Source: Candidatus Woesearchaeota archaeon (lineage in GTDB: Archaea; Nanobdellota; Nanobdellia; Woesearchaeales; ARS49). Taken from it: DNA of 64,000 nucleotides. The translations under genes were made by a program, and so were the position numbers. Below the pieces are notes generated by a model, which saw nothing but the letters and a program-made list of their open reading frames with translations, was not told the origin of the DNA and searched no databases. This document shows positions 17,096 to 26,862 of the stretch, one piece after another; position 1 is the first letter of the stretch, and the number at the start of each line of letters is the position of its first letter. The stretch covers positions 231-64,230 of the forward strand of contig JACQNC010000008.1 of NCBI GenBank assembly GCA_016203225.1. Direction: 5' to 3'.

Positions 17096-19524
17096 CGGTA
17101 ACCCAGCAGCTCATCGACGGCTGGACGTTCTTCCTAAGCCACGTCGAACACCCGAAGTACATATGGGCGATCCCGTTCCTGATCATCGCCATCTTCTTCC
17201 TGCTGCGGCGCGATTTCGTCAAGCTCGCCGAGGACATGGTCGCCCGACGCGCACGGAGACTGCAGCAATGGGTGATGCTTTTCACGCGCTCGCTAATCCT
17301 CGCGGCATTGGTGCTCGCGCTGGCCTCGCCGTTCATGGAGCGCACCAAGGTCGTCGAAGGCGATCCGTTCCTCAAGATTCTGGTCGACCATTCGCAGTCG
17401 ATGGACATCTATTCCGACGACATAGCTGAGACGCTGAAGGCGAAGCTCGAGCAGGTGATCAACGTCGAACTGCACAGCATCGCATCCGGGCCGACATCGA
17501 CCATAGGTGAGGGCATCCTGAACAGCGTGAAGGACGGCGACAATGTCGTGCTCGTCACCGACGGACAGGTCACCGGCGGCGCTTCTCTCGGAGACGTGGC
17601 GTTGTTCGCGGCGAGCCACAACATCACGTTCAATGCCATCGAGCTCCAGCCAACGGGCGACGACGCATGGGTGCTCGTCTCCGGCCCGGAGAAGACCGTC
17701 GCGAACGTCGACAACACGTTCACGGTCTCGACCGGCTGGGCGTCGGGCGGGAAGAAGGACGTCCACGTCACAGTCAAGGTCGACGGCAAGATCGTCCTAG
17801 ACGTGACAAGCCCTGAACGCACGCAACTGATCACGCAGAAGTTCGAGGAGGGTTACCACCAGATCGAGGCGCGCGTGCAGGACGGGGACTTCATCGCGGA
17901 CAACAACGTCTTCTACAAGACGGTCAAGGTCGTGCCGAAGCCGAAGGTCGTGTTGTGGACGCCTGCGCCGGATTCTCCGATGGAGACATTGTTGCGCCAG
18001 GTCTACGACGTCACGACGACGGCTTCCTTGCCAGCTGACCTCTCGCCTTACTATTCGGTCGTCACGAACGATCTTTCGGGCTCGTCAATCTCTGACGATG
18101 ACACGGCGCGCTTGAGCGAGTTCATCGAGGACGGCAACGGCCTGTTCGTCATCGGCGGCAAGGGCTCGTACAACAACGGCGGCTACCGCAACAGCTACTT
18201 CGAGACATTGCTCCCGGTCGTGGTGGGCACGCCGGGCAAGGAGCCGGGCGATGTCAACATCGTCATCCTGGTCGATGCCTCTCAATCTGTGGGCTCTGAA
18301 CAGGGCGGAGGCATAGTGATCGCGAAGAAGCTCACGCTCGACATCATCGGCCAGATGAGCCCCAACGTCAAGGTCGGAGTGACCGCGTTCAGGAACATCG
18401 CGTACATCGTGGCCCCATTGGGCTACAAGTACGAGCACGTGGGCTTGGAGGACAAGGTCACGCAGATCTACGGTGCGTACAGCAGCAAGATGCATCTCGG
18501 CATCCTGCAGAGCATAGACCTTCTGAAGGGCGCGCAGGGCAGCAAGAACATAATCATCATCAGCGACGGCATGCTGTTCCCGAACGACCAGACTGCGGCG
18601 CGCGACGCGACGCTGCTGGCGCGCAAGGACGGCATCAAGGTCTACACAGTGAGTGCGGCTGTCGGTGACGACGCGTTCGTCGCCGACCGCACCGATGAGG
18701 ATCTCCTGAAGAGCGTCGCGCTCGCCGGCGGCGGCATCTACTTCAAGGCGCGCGACACGAGCAAGTTCAACCTGCTCTTCGGCGACGTCAAGCCGCCGGA
18801 TCCAAAAGCGGTCCTAGACTGGGGCGTCTCGGTGCTGGACGCCAACCACTTCATCACGCAGGACCTGAACGTCACGGCGACGATTTACGGCTACAACGAG
18901 GTTGCGCCAAAGACGACCGGCAGGATGCTCGTCGTCACGTCGACCGGCGAGCCGCTCGTCACGATCTGGCATCTCGGGCTCGGTCGCGTCGTCTCGTACA
19001 GCACTGACGACGGTTCTGCGTGGGCGGGCCAACTGCTCGGGCCGGGCAACAGTCGGCTCGTCATCCGCAGCATGAACTGGGCCAACGGCGACCCCGACAG
19101 GAAGCGTTCCGACCTCGTCGACATAAGGGACACGCGCGTGAACGAGGCGACGACGCTCACGATCAAGAGCGCGAAGCAGCCGACAGCGCAGGGATTGGCG
19201 TTCTTCAAGGTCAAGCAGGACACGTACGAAGCGAGCATCACGCCTACGGAGACCGGCTTCCACTCGATCCTCGGCGCGACGTATGCGGCGAACCATCCTG
19301 CGGAGCTTTCGCCTCTGGGGCTGAGCAGGGAGCTCGATCTCTTGGTCGGCAGCACCGGCGGGGACTATTTCAGCGCAGACGACGCGGACAAACTGGTCGA
19401 GTTCGCCCAGACGCACGCCGTGAAGACCATCCGTGGCAAGGACTACTTCAGATGGCACCTGGCCGTCCTTGCCGCGATACTGTTCCTTTTGGAGATACTA
19501 TTGAGGAGGATGATGAGAAGATGA
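17092..19524 (+). CDS. vWA-domain membrane protein with glutamine-amidotransferase-like domain
   Basis: LVDHSQSM, VTDGQ, GGKGSY...LLPV, LVDASQSV, ISDG, GLGRVV; terminal TM segments. Confidence 0.85.
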   Translation: MTVTQQLIDGWTFFLSHVEHPKYIWAIPFLIIAIFFLLRRDFVKLAEDMVARRARRLQQWVMLFTRSLILAALVLALASPFMERTKVVEGDPFLKILVDHSQSMDIYSDDIAETLKAKLEQVINVELHSIASGPTSTIGEGILNSVKDGDNVVLVTDGQVTGGASLGDVALFAASHNITFNAIELQPTGDDAWVLVSGPEKTVANVDNTFTVSTGWASGGKKDVHVTVKVDGKIVLDVTSPERTQLITQKFEEGYHQIEARVQDGDFIADNNVFYKTVKVVPKPKVVLWTPAPDSPMETLLRQVYDVTTTASLPADLSPYYSVVTNDLSGSSISDDDTARLSEFIEDGNGLFVIGGKGSYNNGGYRNSYFETLLPVVVGTPGKEPGDVNIVILVDASQSVGSEQGGGIVIAKKLTLDIIGQMSPNVKVGVTAFRNIAYIVAPLGYKYEHVGLEDKVTQIYGAYSSKMHLGILQSIDLLKGAQGSKNIIIISDGMLFPNDQTAARDATLLARKDGIKVYTVSAAVGDDAFVADRTDEDLLKSVALAGGGIYFKARDTSKFNLLFGDVKPPDPKAVLDWGVSVLDANHFITQDLNVTATIYGYNEVAPKTTGRMLVVTSTGEPLVTIWHLGLGRVVSYSTDDGSAWAGQLLGPGNSRLVIRSMNWANGDPDRKRSDLVDIRDTRVNEATTLTIKSAKQPTAQGLAFFKVKQDTYEASITPTETGFHSILGATYAANHPAELSPLGLSRELDLLVGSTGGDYFSADDADKLVEFAQTHAVKTIRGKDYFRWHLAVLAAILFLLEILLRRMMRR

Positions 19525-19533
19525 AAATCCACA

Positions 19534-19637
19534 CCCGTTCCCCACAATTGCCGTCCTTGCCACTATTGTCGTCGCGTTATCGATGGAAGCGACAACGCCT
19601 CAATCGTGCCGGGGGAGACGGCGCAGGGGAACGCCAA
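19534..19637 (+). repeat. Dispersed palindromic repeat, copy 2 (divergent)
   Basis: TCAATCGTGCCGGGGGAGA (19600-19618) is identical to 6439-6457. The copy follows the stop at 19524. Confidence 0.7.
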
Positions 19638-19654
19638 GAACGTCGGAGGACACC

Positions 19655-20137
19655 ATGAGCTACATCACACGAAACGCCAACCTGATACTGTTGTTCCTGA
19701 TCATCATCATCTCAGGCTCATTGGTGGGTGCGACGGTCTACTTCCAGGACCGGTTCACGGACGTCAACGAGGAGTACGACCAGAAGCTCGCAGAGCTCAA
19801 GAACGTCACTGAACAGGTCGAGACATATCGTGACGTGCTCCAGAAGGCCCAGCTAGAGCTCGAGCTGAAGCAGAGCCGCGAGGAGCAGTTCACCGAGAAG
19901 TACACGGAGACGAAGGCGACTGCGGAGGAACTCGCGCAGACGAAGGCCGAGCTCGAAAAGGACGTGCGGGATCTGACTACGCAGGTGAATTCGTTGACCT
20001 TGCAGGTCACGGGCCTTCAGTCGTCGCTCAACATCGAGAAGGCGAAAGTGGCCAACCTTCAGGACGATAATGCCGACCTCCAGGACAAGGTGGACTGCCT
20101 GGAGAGCACAGCTGACAGTTCGGAGAGCAACTGTTGA
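19655..20137 (+). CDS. Membrane-anchored coiled-coil protein
   Basis: GGAGG RBS, N-terminal TM, then E/K/Q-rich heptads. Confidence 0.75.
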   Translation: MSYITRNANLILLFLIIIISGSLVGATVYFQDRFTDVNEEYDQKLAELKNVTEQVETYRDVLQKAQLELELKQSREEQFTEKYTETKATAEELAQTKAELEKDVRDLTTQVNSLTLQVTGLQSSLNIEKAKVANLQDDNADLQDKVDCLESTADSSESNC

Positions 20138-20961
20138 TGAAACCGATCGGTAAGGCGTTACTGGAATTGAGGACGACGCTGTTCAGCATCGGGCTGTTCA
20201 ACAGCCTGCTCGACAGCTTCCTCGTGCTCCTGTTCACCTTGCTCGGGCTCATACTGCTGAAGCTGCCTTGGGAACTGGCATTCATACCGTTCGCGGTCTA
20301 TTTCGTCTGGCACACGCGCACCATCCTGCGCGCGCTGGGTTACAATGACGTCGAGGCGCGCGTGCCGCAACTGCGCGAAGCCCTGCGCACTGCAGCCGAC
20401 AGCCTCGAGACCGAGAACGAGGTCGTCCGAGGGCTGCACCAGGAGGTGTTGGACAAGATGAGATTGATCCAGACCTCCGTGTTCGTGGGCTTCAGCAAGG
20501 TCACGCGACAGCTGCTCGTGCTGGCGCTGTTGAGCTTCATAATAATCTCGGTTTCCGCGTTGAACATCAGCTTCCTGGACGCCCAGACGCTGCTGCAGAA
20601 GACCGGCGTCATTGGGATCGGAGGAGTGTTCGGCGACGACGACACCCCGTTCTTCGCGCGCTTGTCGAAACGGGACGACGGCAACAAGCTGTTCGGCAAG
20701 GAGGTCACGCTCCTTGATGAGACGAGCCTGTACGGCAACGCGACGGTGATCGAGCTCGGCACGGAGGAGCTTAACCTCGAACTGAATCCCGAAGGTTCGG
20801 GCATCAAGATGGGCGAGGTCAAGGATCCCGAGAGCAAGAAGTTCACGGACCAACCATCGCCTTCAGACATCCAGGCGACAGCCGACAGCGCGTACGCCGA
20901 GGACATCCCGAAGGAATACCAGAGCATCGTGCGGAACTACTTCAAGGGCATTCCGAAGTGA
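20134..20961 (+). CDS. Membrane protein of the MoxR/vWA operon
   Basis: Three hydrophobic segments; C-terminal ...EDIPKEYQSIVRNYF. Confidence 0.7.
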   Translation: MMKPIGKALLELRTTLFSIGLFNSLLDSFLVLLFTLLGLILLKLPWELAFIPFAVYFVWHTRTILRALGYNDVEARVPQLREALRTAADSLETENEVVRGLHQEVLDKMRLIQTSVFVGFSKVTRQLLVLALLSFIIISVSALNISFLDAQTLLQKTGVIGIGGVFGDDDTPFFARLSKRDDGNKLFGKEVTLLDETSLYGNATVIELGTEELNLELNPEGSGIKMGEVKDPESKKFTDQPSPSDIQATADSAYAEDIPKEYQSIVRNYFKGIPK

Positions 20962-21014
20962 AGCAAACGTTTATAAATCAACAACCGCTCAAAAACCGGA
21001 AAAGCAGGTGACGT

Positions 21015-21953
21015 ATGAAAAGCGTTGAGGAAGTAAAGAAGACGTTCGAGTACCTCTTCACCGAAATCGAGAAGGTCATTGTCGGCCAGAAGGAACTCCT
21101 GAACCAGATGGTCATCGGGCTGTTCTGCGACGCCCACGTGCTTCTCGAGGGTTATCCGGGTCTCGCGAAGACGCTCTCAGTCAAGACGCTAGCGCAATTG
21201 ATCGATCTGAAGTTCTCGCGCGTGCAGAGCACGCCTGACCTATTGCCGTCGGACATCACGGGCACGTACATCATCGAAGAGACCACCCAAGGCAAGCGCA
21301 CGTTCAAGTTCCAGCCCGGTCCGGTGTTCGCGAATGTCGTGCTCGCGGACGAGATCAACCGCGCCACTCCGAAGACCCAATCCGCGCTCCTCGAAGCCAT
21401 GCAGGAGAAGCAGGTGACTGTCGGCAACAACACGTTCAAGCTCGACGAGCCGTTCTTCGTCATCGCGACGCAGAACCCGATCGAGCAGGAAGGGACGTAT
21501 CCCTTGCCCGAAGCCCAGTCCGACCGGTTCCTGTTGAAAGTAAGGGCGACGTATCCCACGTTTGACGAGGAGCTCGAAATCGTGGACCGCTTCACGGAGA
21601 TACAGAAGAAGGCGCAATTGAAACCCATCCTCAACAAGGAGACGTTGCTCTATCTACAATCGCTCACGCGCCAGGTGCCGATCGCGAACGACCTCAAGCA
21701 GTACGCGGTCAAGCTCGTGACCACCACGCGCCAGAAAAAGGACTTGATTGAGTATGGCGCGTCCCCTCGAGCCAGTATCGGTCTCGTGCTCGCGGCCAAA
21801 GCGCGCGCCCTCCTGGAAGGCCGCAAATACGTCAGCAAGGAGGACATCAACACGCTCGCGTTCCCTGTCCTGCGCCACCGCATCGTGCTCCACTTCGAGG
21901 CCGAGCGCCAAGGGCTTTCTGAGGACGATGTCATCAAGCAATTGCTCAAATGA
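21015..21953 (+). CDS. moxR: MoxR-family AAA+ ATPase
   Basis: [70 protein letters not shown]. Confidence 0.96.
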   Translation: MKSVEEVKKTFEYLFTEIEKVIVGQKELLNQMVIGLFCDAHVLLEGYPGLAKTLSVKTLAQLIDLKFSRVQSTPDLLPSDITGTYIIEETTQGKRTFKFQPGPVFANVVLADEINRATPKTQSALLEAMQEKQVTVGNNTFKLDEPFFVIATQNPIEQEGTYPLPEAQSDRFLLKVRATYPTFDEELEIVDRFTEIQKKAQLKPILNKETLLYLQSLTRQVPIANDLKQYAVKLVTTTRQKKDLIEYGASPRASIGLVLAAKARALLEGRKYVSKEDINTLAFPVLRHRIVLHFEAERQGLSEDDVIKQLLK

Positions 21954-22029
21954 TTGCGAACCGGATGCCCACGCCGCGGTATCGGCCGGTTCGAAATCTC
22001 GAAGAACCGAACTGGCGGGAGGTTCTTCG

Positions 22030-22881
22030 TTGATCGATCTTAGCTTCCTGAAGACGCTGGACCGGTTCGCATTGATCGTCAACAAGCACCTCACGTCCAA
22101 CTACGTCGGCGAGCGCCGCACGAGCTTCTTGGGCCGCGGCCTGGTCTTCCGCGATTACTCGTCCTACGCGCCGGGCGAGGACTACCGCATGATCGACTGG
22201 AAGGTGTACGGCCGCACCGACCGTCTGATGATCAAGAAGCATGAGGAGGAGCGCAACCTTACCGTGCACATCATCGCCGACTTCTCCGCTTCGATGAACT
22301 TCGGCAATCCGAAGAAGTCCGACTATGCGGCGATGCTCGGCATCGGGTTCGCGTACCTCGCGCTGAAGAACAACGAGCGCTTCGTCATGTCGACGTTCGC
22401 AGAGAAGCTCGAATTGTTCAAGCCCAAGAAAGGGCGGAAACAACTGGCTGCCATCGTGGAATACCTGAACGAGAAGCGCGCCAAGGGCGTGACGAACTTT
22501 GAGGAAAGCCTGGGGCGCTACAAGAAGATGATAGGGTCGCGTTCATTGGTCATCATCGTCTCGGATTTCCTGTACGATGTCAACGAGATAAAGTCCGCTT
22601 TGATGCGTTTCAAGAACCACGACGTGCGCCTGATCCAGGTGCTGGACAAGACCGAGAAGGAGCTAGACGTCGAGGGCGAGGTGAAGCTGAAGGACTCCGA
22701 GTCAGGGGGCATCCTCAGGACGTATATCAGCCCGTACCTGAAGAAGAAGTACCTGAACCTGCTCGCCACGCACAACGCGATGGTGAAGCACGCCTGCCTT
22801 GAGACCGGCGCGCGATTCTATTCCTTCTCGACCCAGACGCCGCTGTTCGACGCGTTCTACGAGATCGTGGCGAAGGGCTAA
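22030..22881 (+). CDS. DUF58-family (vWA-like) protein
   Basis: GRGLVFRDYSSYAPGEDYRMIDWKVYGRT, ADFSASM, IVSDF. TTG start placed after GGAGGT. Confidence 0.9.
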   Translation: MIDLSFLKTLDRFALIVNKHLTSNYVGERRTSFLGRGLVFRDYSSYAPGEDYRMIDWKVYGRTDRLMIKKHEEERNLTVHIIADFSASMNFGNPKKSDYAAMLGIGFAYLALKNNERFVMSTFAEKLELFKPKKGRKQLAAIVEYLNEKRAKGVTNFEESLGRYKKMIGSRSLVIIVSDFLYDVNEIKSALMRFKNHDVRLIQVLDKTEKELDVEGEVKLKDSESGGILRTYISPYLKKKYLNLLATHNAMVKHACLETGARFYSFSTQTPLFDAFYEIVAKG

Positions 22882-23423
22882 GAAAAGAGTGATTTCCTAT
22901 CCGAATCATGCTTCTTCGACGTCAGCGTCACTAGAATCTCCTCGAGCAGGCTGATGCCGACGATAGAAGCGGTGATGAAAAACGCCGTTTGGTTCGGCTG
23001 CCAGAGGAATGCGGTTGCGAAGAATACGAAGAGCGCGATGGCTGCCAGTTTGCTGCTCCACAGATGGTAGTGGACCATCAGGTCGTATTTGTAGACGCCC
23101 GCGCTCAGGTCCAGTCCGTACAGGACTGCCAGACAGATTATTATTGTCCTGTTCGCGCTGAAGAATTCAGGGAGGAGCATCCACAGCCAGAACGGCATGC
23201 TCGTATAGATGAGATTGTCAGCGAAGCTGTCGAACCACGCGCCGAACTCCGATACGAGTCCGAGCTTGCGCGCGAAATATCCGTCCAGCGCGTCCGTCAG
23301 TGCGGCCAACGCGAAAAGCCAGCCGAATGGTTGCTGGAGACCGAGCAATGCGAGGGTCCAGAGAATGGGGACAGAGATGACGCGGAACCCGGTGAATGTG
23401 TTGGGCACGTTCACGCGACTCAT
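22878..23423 (-). CDS. CDP-alcohol phosphatidyltransferase family protein
   Basis: PNTFTGFR; LTDALDGYFARKLGLVSEFGAWFDSFAD matches the D-x-x-DG-x-x-AR...G...D-x-x-x-D signature. Confidence 0.9.
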   Translation of the reverse strand: MSRVNVPNTFTGFRVISVPILWTLALLGLQQPFGWLFALAALTDALDGYFARKLGLVSEFGAWFDSFADNLIYTSMPFWLWMLLPEFFSANRTIIICLAVLYGLDLSAGVYKYDLMVHYHLWSSKLAAIALFVFFATAFLWQPNQTAFFITASIVGISLLEEILVTLTSKKHDSDRKSLFS

Positions 23424-24112
23424 CTCTTCAGTTCCATCCGCACGAGTTCAGCGATCTCATCCTCTGATATGGCTGCGCCGTGCAGCTTGACGCCCCAGAG
23501 CAGGCTCTCCAACAGTTCCTTGCGCGCGTTGGGTACGTTCACGAGGAACGAATCCAGGAGTCCTTTCTCGTACGCGATCATGACTAGCTCGACAGAACGG
23601 ATGATCTTGATTCCCTTGACCTGTTGCGAGAAGTCATGTAGCGCATTCTCATCCATGTCGACCTTCTCGTGCAGTCTGCGCTCGTAGAGCTCTCTGAGCT
23701 TGTGCGGCGCCTCGATCAAGGTCCGCGTGATGCGTTCGTCGCACACGACGGCGTCGGCGCCTTGCAGAAGCGCCGCAGAGATGGTCTCCATCTCGCCCAA
23801 CTGTACTATCTGCAACGGTTGCTTGCGCACGCGGAATATCCTGTTGGCGGTGTCGAGCAGGCTTTTCGCGCGCGAAAGTGTTTTAGGGTCCTGTACGACG
23901 GTTAGCACGCGGTCCTGGATGATGCGTTGCACCTGCAACGCCTCGAACTTGAACTTGCGCGTGACCAACGGGTGTTCGACGAGTTCGCGGCGCACGCTCT
24001 CGACGATGGCGAACTCGCCGGCATAGGTGTTCTTCAGCTTCGGGACGAGCCACAGGAGATTGTTCGTTGTGAGACTGATCAACGGTCCTGCGTCGAAGAG
24101 AAGCTGTTTCAT
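23420..24112 (-). CDS. PIN-domain protein (DUF3368-like)
   Basis: LLFDAGPLISL, VRRELVE, LGEMETISAA, VCDERITR. Confidence 0.65.
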   Translation of the reverse strand: MKQLLFDAGPLISLTTNNLLWLVPKLKNTYAGEFAIVESVRRELVEHPLVTRKFKFEALQVQRIIQDRVLTVVQDPKTLSRAKSLLDTANRIFRVRKQPLQIVQLGEMETISAALLQGADAVVCDERITRTLIEAPHKLRELYERRLHEKVDMDENALHDFSQQVKGIKIIRSVELVMIAYEKGLLDSFLVNVPNARKELLESLLWGVKLHGAAISEDEIAELVRMELKR

Positions 24113-24657
24113 GGGAAGAAGCTCCTTGCCAGCTGCAATCGTTTTGTTGCGCTGAGCTGGGTCTCGACGCCTTCACCGATAGTGGTGCGCCCGAGATAGT
24201 TGTAGAGCTCCCATTGCGAGATTCCCAACATGTCCGCGATGCGCGCGACAGAGAGCCCGTGTTCGGCGAGTTTGGAGCCTTTCTTGATGCGTGCCTTGTC
24301 CAGCACTTCCTCTACGTACATCTTCAGGCCTGCGTCGTGCTTGCTGATGAGGTCGAACGCTTCCGAGAACGCGGCATGGAAGAGCCCATCCTTGTCGCGC
24401 AGCAACGCTTCTTGCGCTCGGACGAGCATCGGCGTGACCTCGGGAACAGGGCAGGACTGGAGCGTGCAACGCTGCACGACCTTCGCGAGAGCGTACATCA
24501 GGATGGCGGTCGACGTCGAGTCCTCATCCTGGTAGATGCTCGCGTCGTGGATGGTGTGGTTGGAGAGCTCCTCCAGCGTGTTGAAATTGCCGGTCTTGAT
24601 CGCGCCCACTGCCTGCTGCAGAACGGTCAGTATGTCCTCTTTTATCCGCGGGTCCAT
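24109..24657 (-). CDS. Helical protein with C-terminal HTH (antitoxin/regulator-like)
   Basis: HGLSVARIADMLGISQWELYNYLG; ATGA-coupled to the PIN gene. Confidence 0.55.
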   Translation of the reverse strand: MDPRIKEDILTVLQQAVGAIKTGNFNTLEELSNHTIHDASIYQDEDSTSTAILMYALAKVVQRCTLQSCPVPEVTPMLVRAQEALLRDKDGLFHAAFSEAFDLISKHDAGLKMYVEEVLDKARIKKGSKLAEHGLSVARIADMLGISQWELYNYLGRTTIGEGVETQLSATKRLQLARSFFP

Positions 24658-24693
24658 CTGAGGATTTGAGAAGAAGGCGTTATTTAAAGGTTG

Positions 24694-24984
24694 TTAGTCG
24701 ACCGTGAACAGTTCAGAATCATGCCCGACATCGAAAAGCCCCAACCGTGCGCCCGCGTCGAGCCATCCGTGCGCGTAGTTCAGCGCCGCGAACGCGGTGA
24801 CGACGTCGCCCTTCTCAGAGAAATGCTTGGCGTCGTCGAAATACCGCTTCGCCATGTCGAGAAAGTCCTCGGCAGAATGTTTCCAATCGATCTTCGCTTC
24901 TTTCCCGAGCTTCACTTTCTTCAGCGCGCGTGAAGTGACGTCGAAGTACTTCTCGAGTTTTTCCTTGGTGATCGTGGATGTCAA
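24694..24984 (-). CDS. DUF357-domain protein
   Basis: FLDMAKRYFDDAKHF...AFAALNYAHGWLDAGARLG. TTG start inferred from a GAGG upstream. Confidence 0.85.
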   Translation of the reverse strand: MTSTITKEKLEKYFDVTSRALKKVKLGKEAKIDWKHSAEDFLDMAKRYFDDAKHFSEKGDVVTAFAALNYAHGWLDAGARLGLFDVGHDSELFTVD

Positions 24985-25032
24985 GAGTGCCTCTGGCAGC
25001 GCCCGTGCTCTCGCGTCATTCATGCTCGTCCG

Positions 25033-25101
25033 AGGCAGGTTTGTCCGCCCGTTTTCGGCTCGTATTCCGACGACGAAGCGTCTAATCTGCCGGGGACGCG
25101 G
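25033..25101. repeat. Dispersed palindromic repeat, copy 3
   Basis: AGGCAGGTTTGTC...AATCTGCCGGGGACGCGG; both arms match the reverse complement of the 47.6-kb copy. Lies just downstream of the rpoK stop. Confidence 0.75.
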
Positions 25102-25119
25102 TGAAGCGACGCTGAGCAA

Positions 25120-25359
25120 TCACGCAACTTTGGCTTCGACCTTCTTGCCCATGGGGCCGCGCATCTTGGGCAGCGGCCGCTTGATCGCCAACGGAAGCAC
25201 GCCTGCTTCGAGCTCCTTCTCCGCGATGCGGATGGGGTTGAAGCCGAGCTTCTCGAGGTCCTCCTCGGACAATTTGACGAGGAACGGCGCGCCCATCGCG
25301 ATCTGCAATGCGCGTGAACCTATCATGCGTGCTATCTCGTACTTTGTGTAGCGTTCCAT
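25120..25359 (-). CDS. rpoK: RNA polymerase subunit K (Rpo6)
   Basis: YTKYEIARMIGSRALQIAMGAP...PIRIAEKEL...LPLAIKRPLP. Confidence 0.95.
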   Translation of the reverse strand: MERYTKYEIARMIGSRALQIAMGAPFLVKLSEEDLEKLGFNPIRIAEKELEAGVLPLAIKRPLPKMRGPMGKKVEAKVA

Positions 25360-25361
25360 GA

Positions 25362-26141
25362 TTACCTCCCGAGCTTCTCTCGGAGCCAGGCGCTCCTCTC
25401 GAGCGCGATGCCGACCATGTGATCGATCTCGTCGATCGTCAATGAGCCTTCTCCGCCCTTCTGCAGCGCTGCCAGCGAGCCGTCGTCCTTGCACGCTACG
25501 GTCAACCTGGCGTCGAAGTTCTCTTCCTCGTCGGACAGCGGGTCCACTAGGAAAGTGGCGCCGATCTTGAACACCGTGATCGGCACGGGTCTCGTCTTCA
25601 ACGGCAGCTTCTCGTCGGTGCGCTTGTCGTAGTCTGCCTTGTTGAACTCGTTCTTGCCCGGCATGCGGGCGTCAAGAAGCGCGGCTAGCGCAGCCAGACC
25701 GGCAGCGTCAAAGAGGTTGCCTTCGTCGTTCACGGCCACGATGTCGATGGAGACGCTCCACACGAGCTCGCCCTCCTTGATCACGAGGTCGTGCACGTCG
25801 ATGCATTCGCTCTCTCGGATTCCTCGGTCGACGACGCGCGCCAACTCGATGCCTTGGTCGGACGGCGGTCCTGACTCGAACTTCGGGCTCGCCATCGGCC
25901 GCAGCTCGGCGTTGACCATGAGGTTGCCCTTGTCCGGCGTGTCCGGGTAGGGCTTCTCGATGGAGATCTTGACGCCGGCGATGACCTCTGTGCCGCCGAT
26001 CCTGACTCTTGCCGAGCCTTCGGCTGACTTCGAGATGCCGTACTCGACCGTCACGTCGCGGTAGTCGAGCGGCTTCCTGCCGTCGAACCTGATGTTCTTC
26101 GCGAGATACTTCAGCACGTGCTGTTTCTGTTCACTCATCAT
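25362..26141 (-). CDS. rrp42: Exosome subunit Rrp42
   Basis: RFDGRKPLDYR, SAEGSARVRIGGT, ELARVVDRGIRES, DEGNLFDAA. Confidence 0.95.
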   Translation of the reverse strand: MMSEQKQHVLKYLAKNIRFDGRKPLDYRDVTVEYGISKSAEGSARVRIGGTEVIAGVKISIEKPYPDTPDKGNLMVNAELRPMASPKFESGPPSDQGIELARVVDRGIRESECIDVHDLVIKEGELVWSVSIDIVAVNDEGNLFDAAGLAALAALLDARMPGKNEFNKADYDKRTDEKLPLKTRPVPITVFKIGATFLVDPLSDEEENFDARLTVACKDDGSLAALQKGGEGSLTIDEIDHMVGIALERSAWLREKLGR

Positions 26142-26862
26142 CGGAACCACCTGCATACTTCGCCCGCAGCGCAGCCTTCTGGATGTCGACTATGCGCTTG
26201 CAGACCTCCTTTCCGAGGGTCAAGGCCTTCTTGAGGTCCTCGCGCGTGACTTCTCCGTCCATCTGGAGCAGGGTCAGCTTGCCTGACAACGGCATGAACG
26301 CGACAGGGATGTCGGCCACGCCCTCTTCAGGTGTCTTGTTCTGCTCCTCGTCGTACGTGAGGTCCGCCAAAACATGGTCCTGGACCTTCCCGACGGCGAC
26401 GGCAGCGACCATGTCCTTCATCTCGAAGCCGGCGTCGGCCAAAGCCATTGCAGCAGCAGTGATGCCTGCGCATCGCGTGCCCGCGTCTGTCTGGGGCAGG
26501 TCGATGTAGACGTCCACGACCGAGTTCGGGTATTCGCGCAGGTCAAGCACGGGCAGCAACGCGTTCTCTGTCACCATGCCGATCTCTCTCGCGCGGCGTC
26601 CGCCTCCGGGACGCACTCGTTCGCCGTGGCCTGAGAATGGCAGCATGTTGTATTCGCAGCGCAAGACGCCGGTGTTCGGGTTCTGCATCCACTTCGGGTG
26701 CAGTGTCCTGGGACCGTACACGGCCGCGTACGCGGTCGTCTTGCCGATCTGGAACATCGCGCTTCCGTCGGCGCGGGGGATGATCCCAACTTTCGCGACG
26801 ATGGGTCGCGTCTCGTCCGACTTGCGTCCGTCGAACCGTTTTGGATATGGCATCTTACTCAC
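26131..26862 (-). CDS. rrp41: Exosome subunit Rrp41
   Basis: RFDGRKSDETRP, ADGSA, AAVYGPR, DAGTRCAGITAA. Confidence 0.95.
   Translation of the reverse strand: MSKMPYPKRFDGRKSDETRPIVAKVGIIPRADGSAMFQIGKTTAYAAVYGPRTLHPKWMQNPNTGVLRCEYNMLPFSGHGERVRPGGGRRAREIGMVTENALLPVLDLREYPNSVVDVYIDLPQTDAGTRCAGITAAAMALADAGFEMKDMVAAVAVGKVQDHVLADLTYDEEQNKTPEEGVADIPVAFMPLSGKLTLLQMDGEVTREDLKKALTLGKEVCKRIVDIQKAALRAKYAGGSDDE

Noticed and set aside
21985-21998. tRNA T-loop-like GGTTCGAAATC
   Set aside because: No acceptor, D or anticodon arms can be folded around it; it is part of a simple intergenic hairpin.
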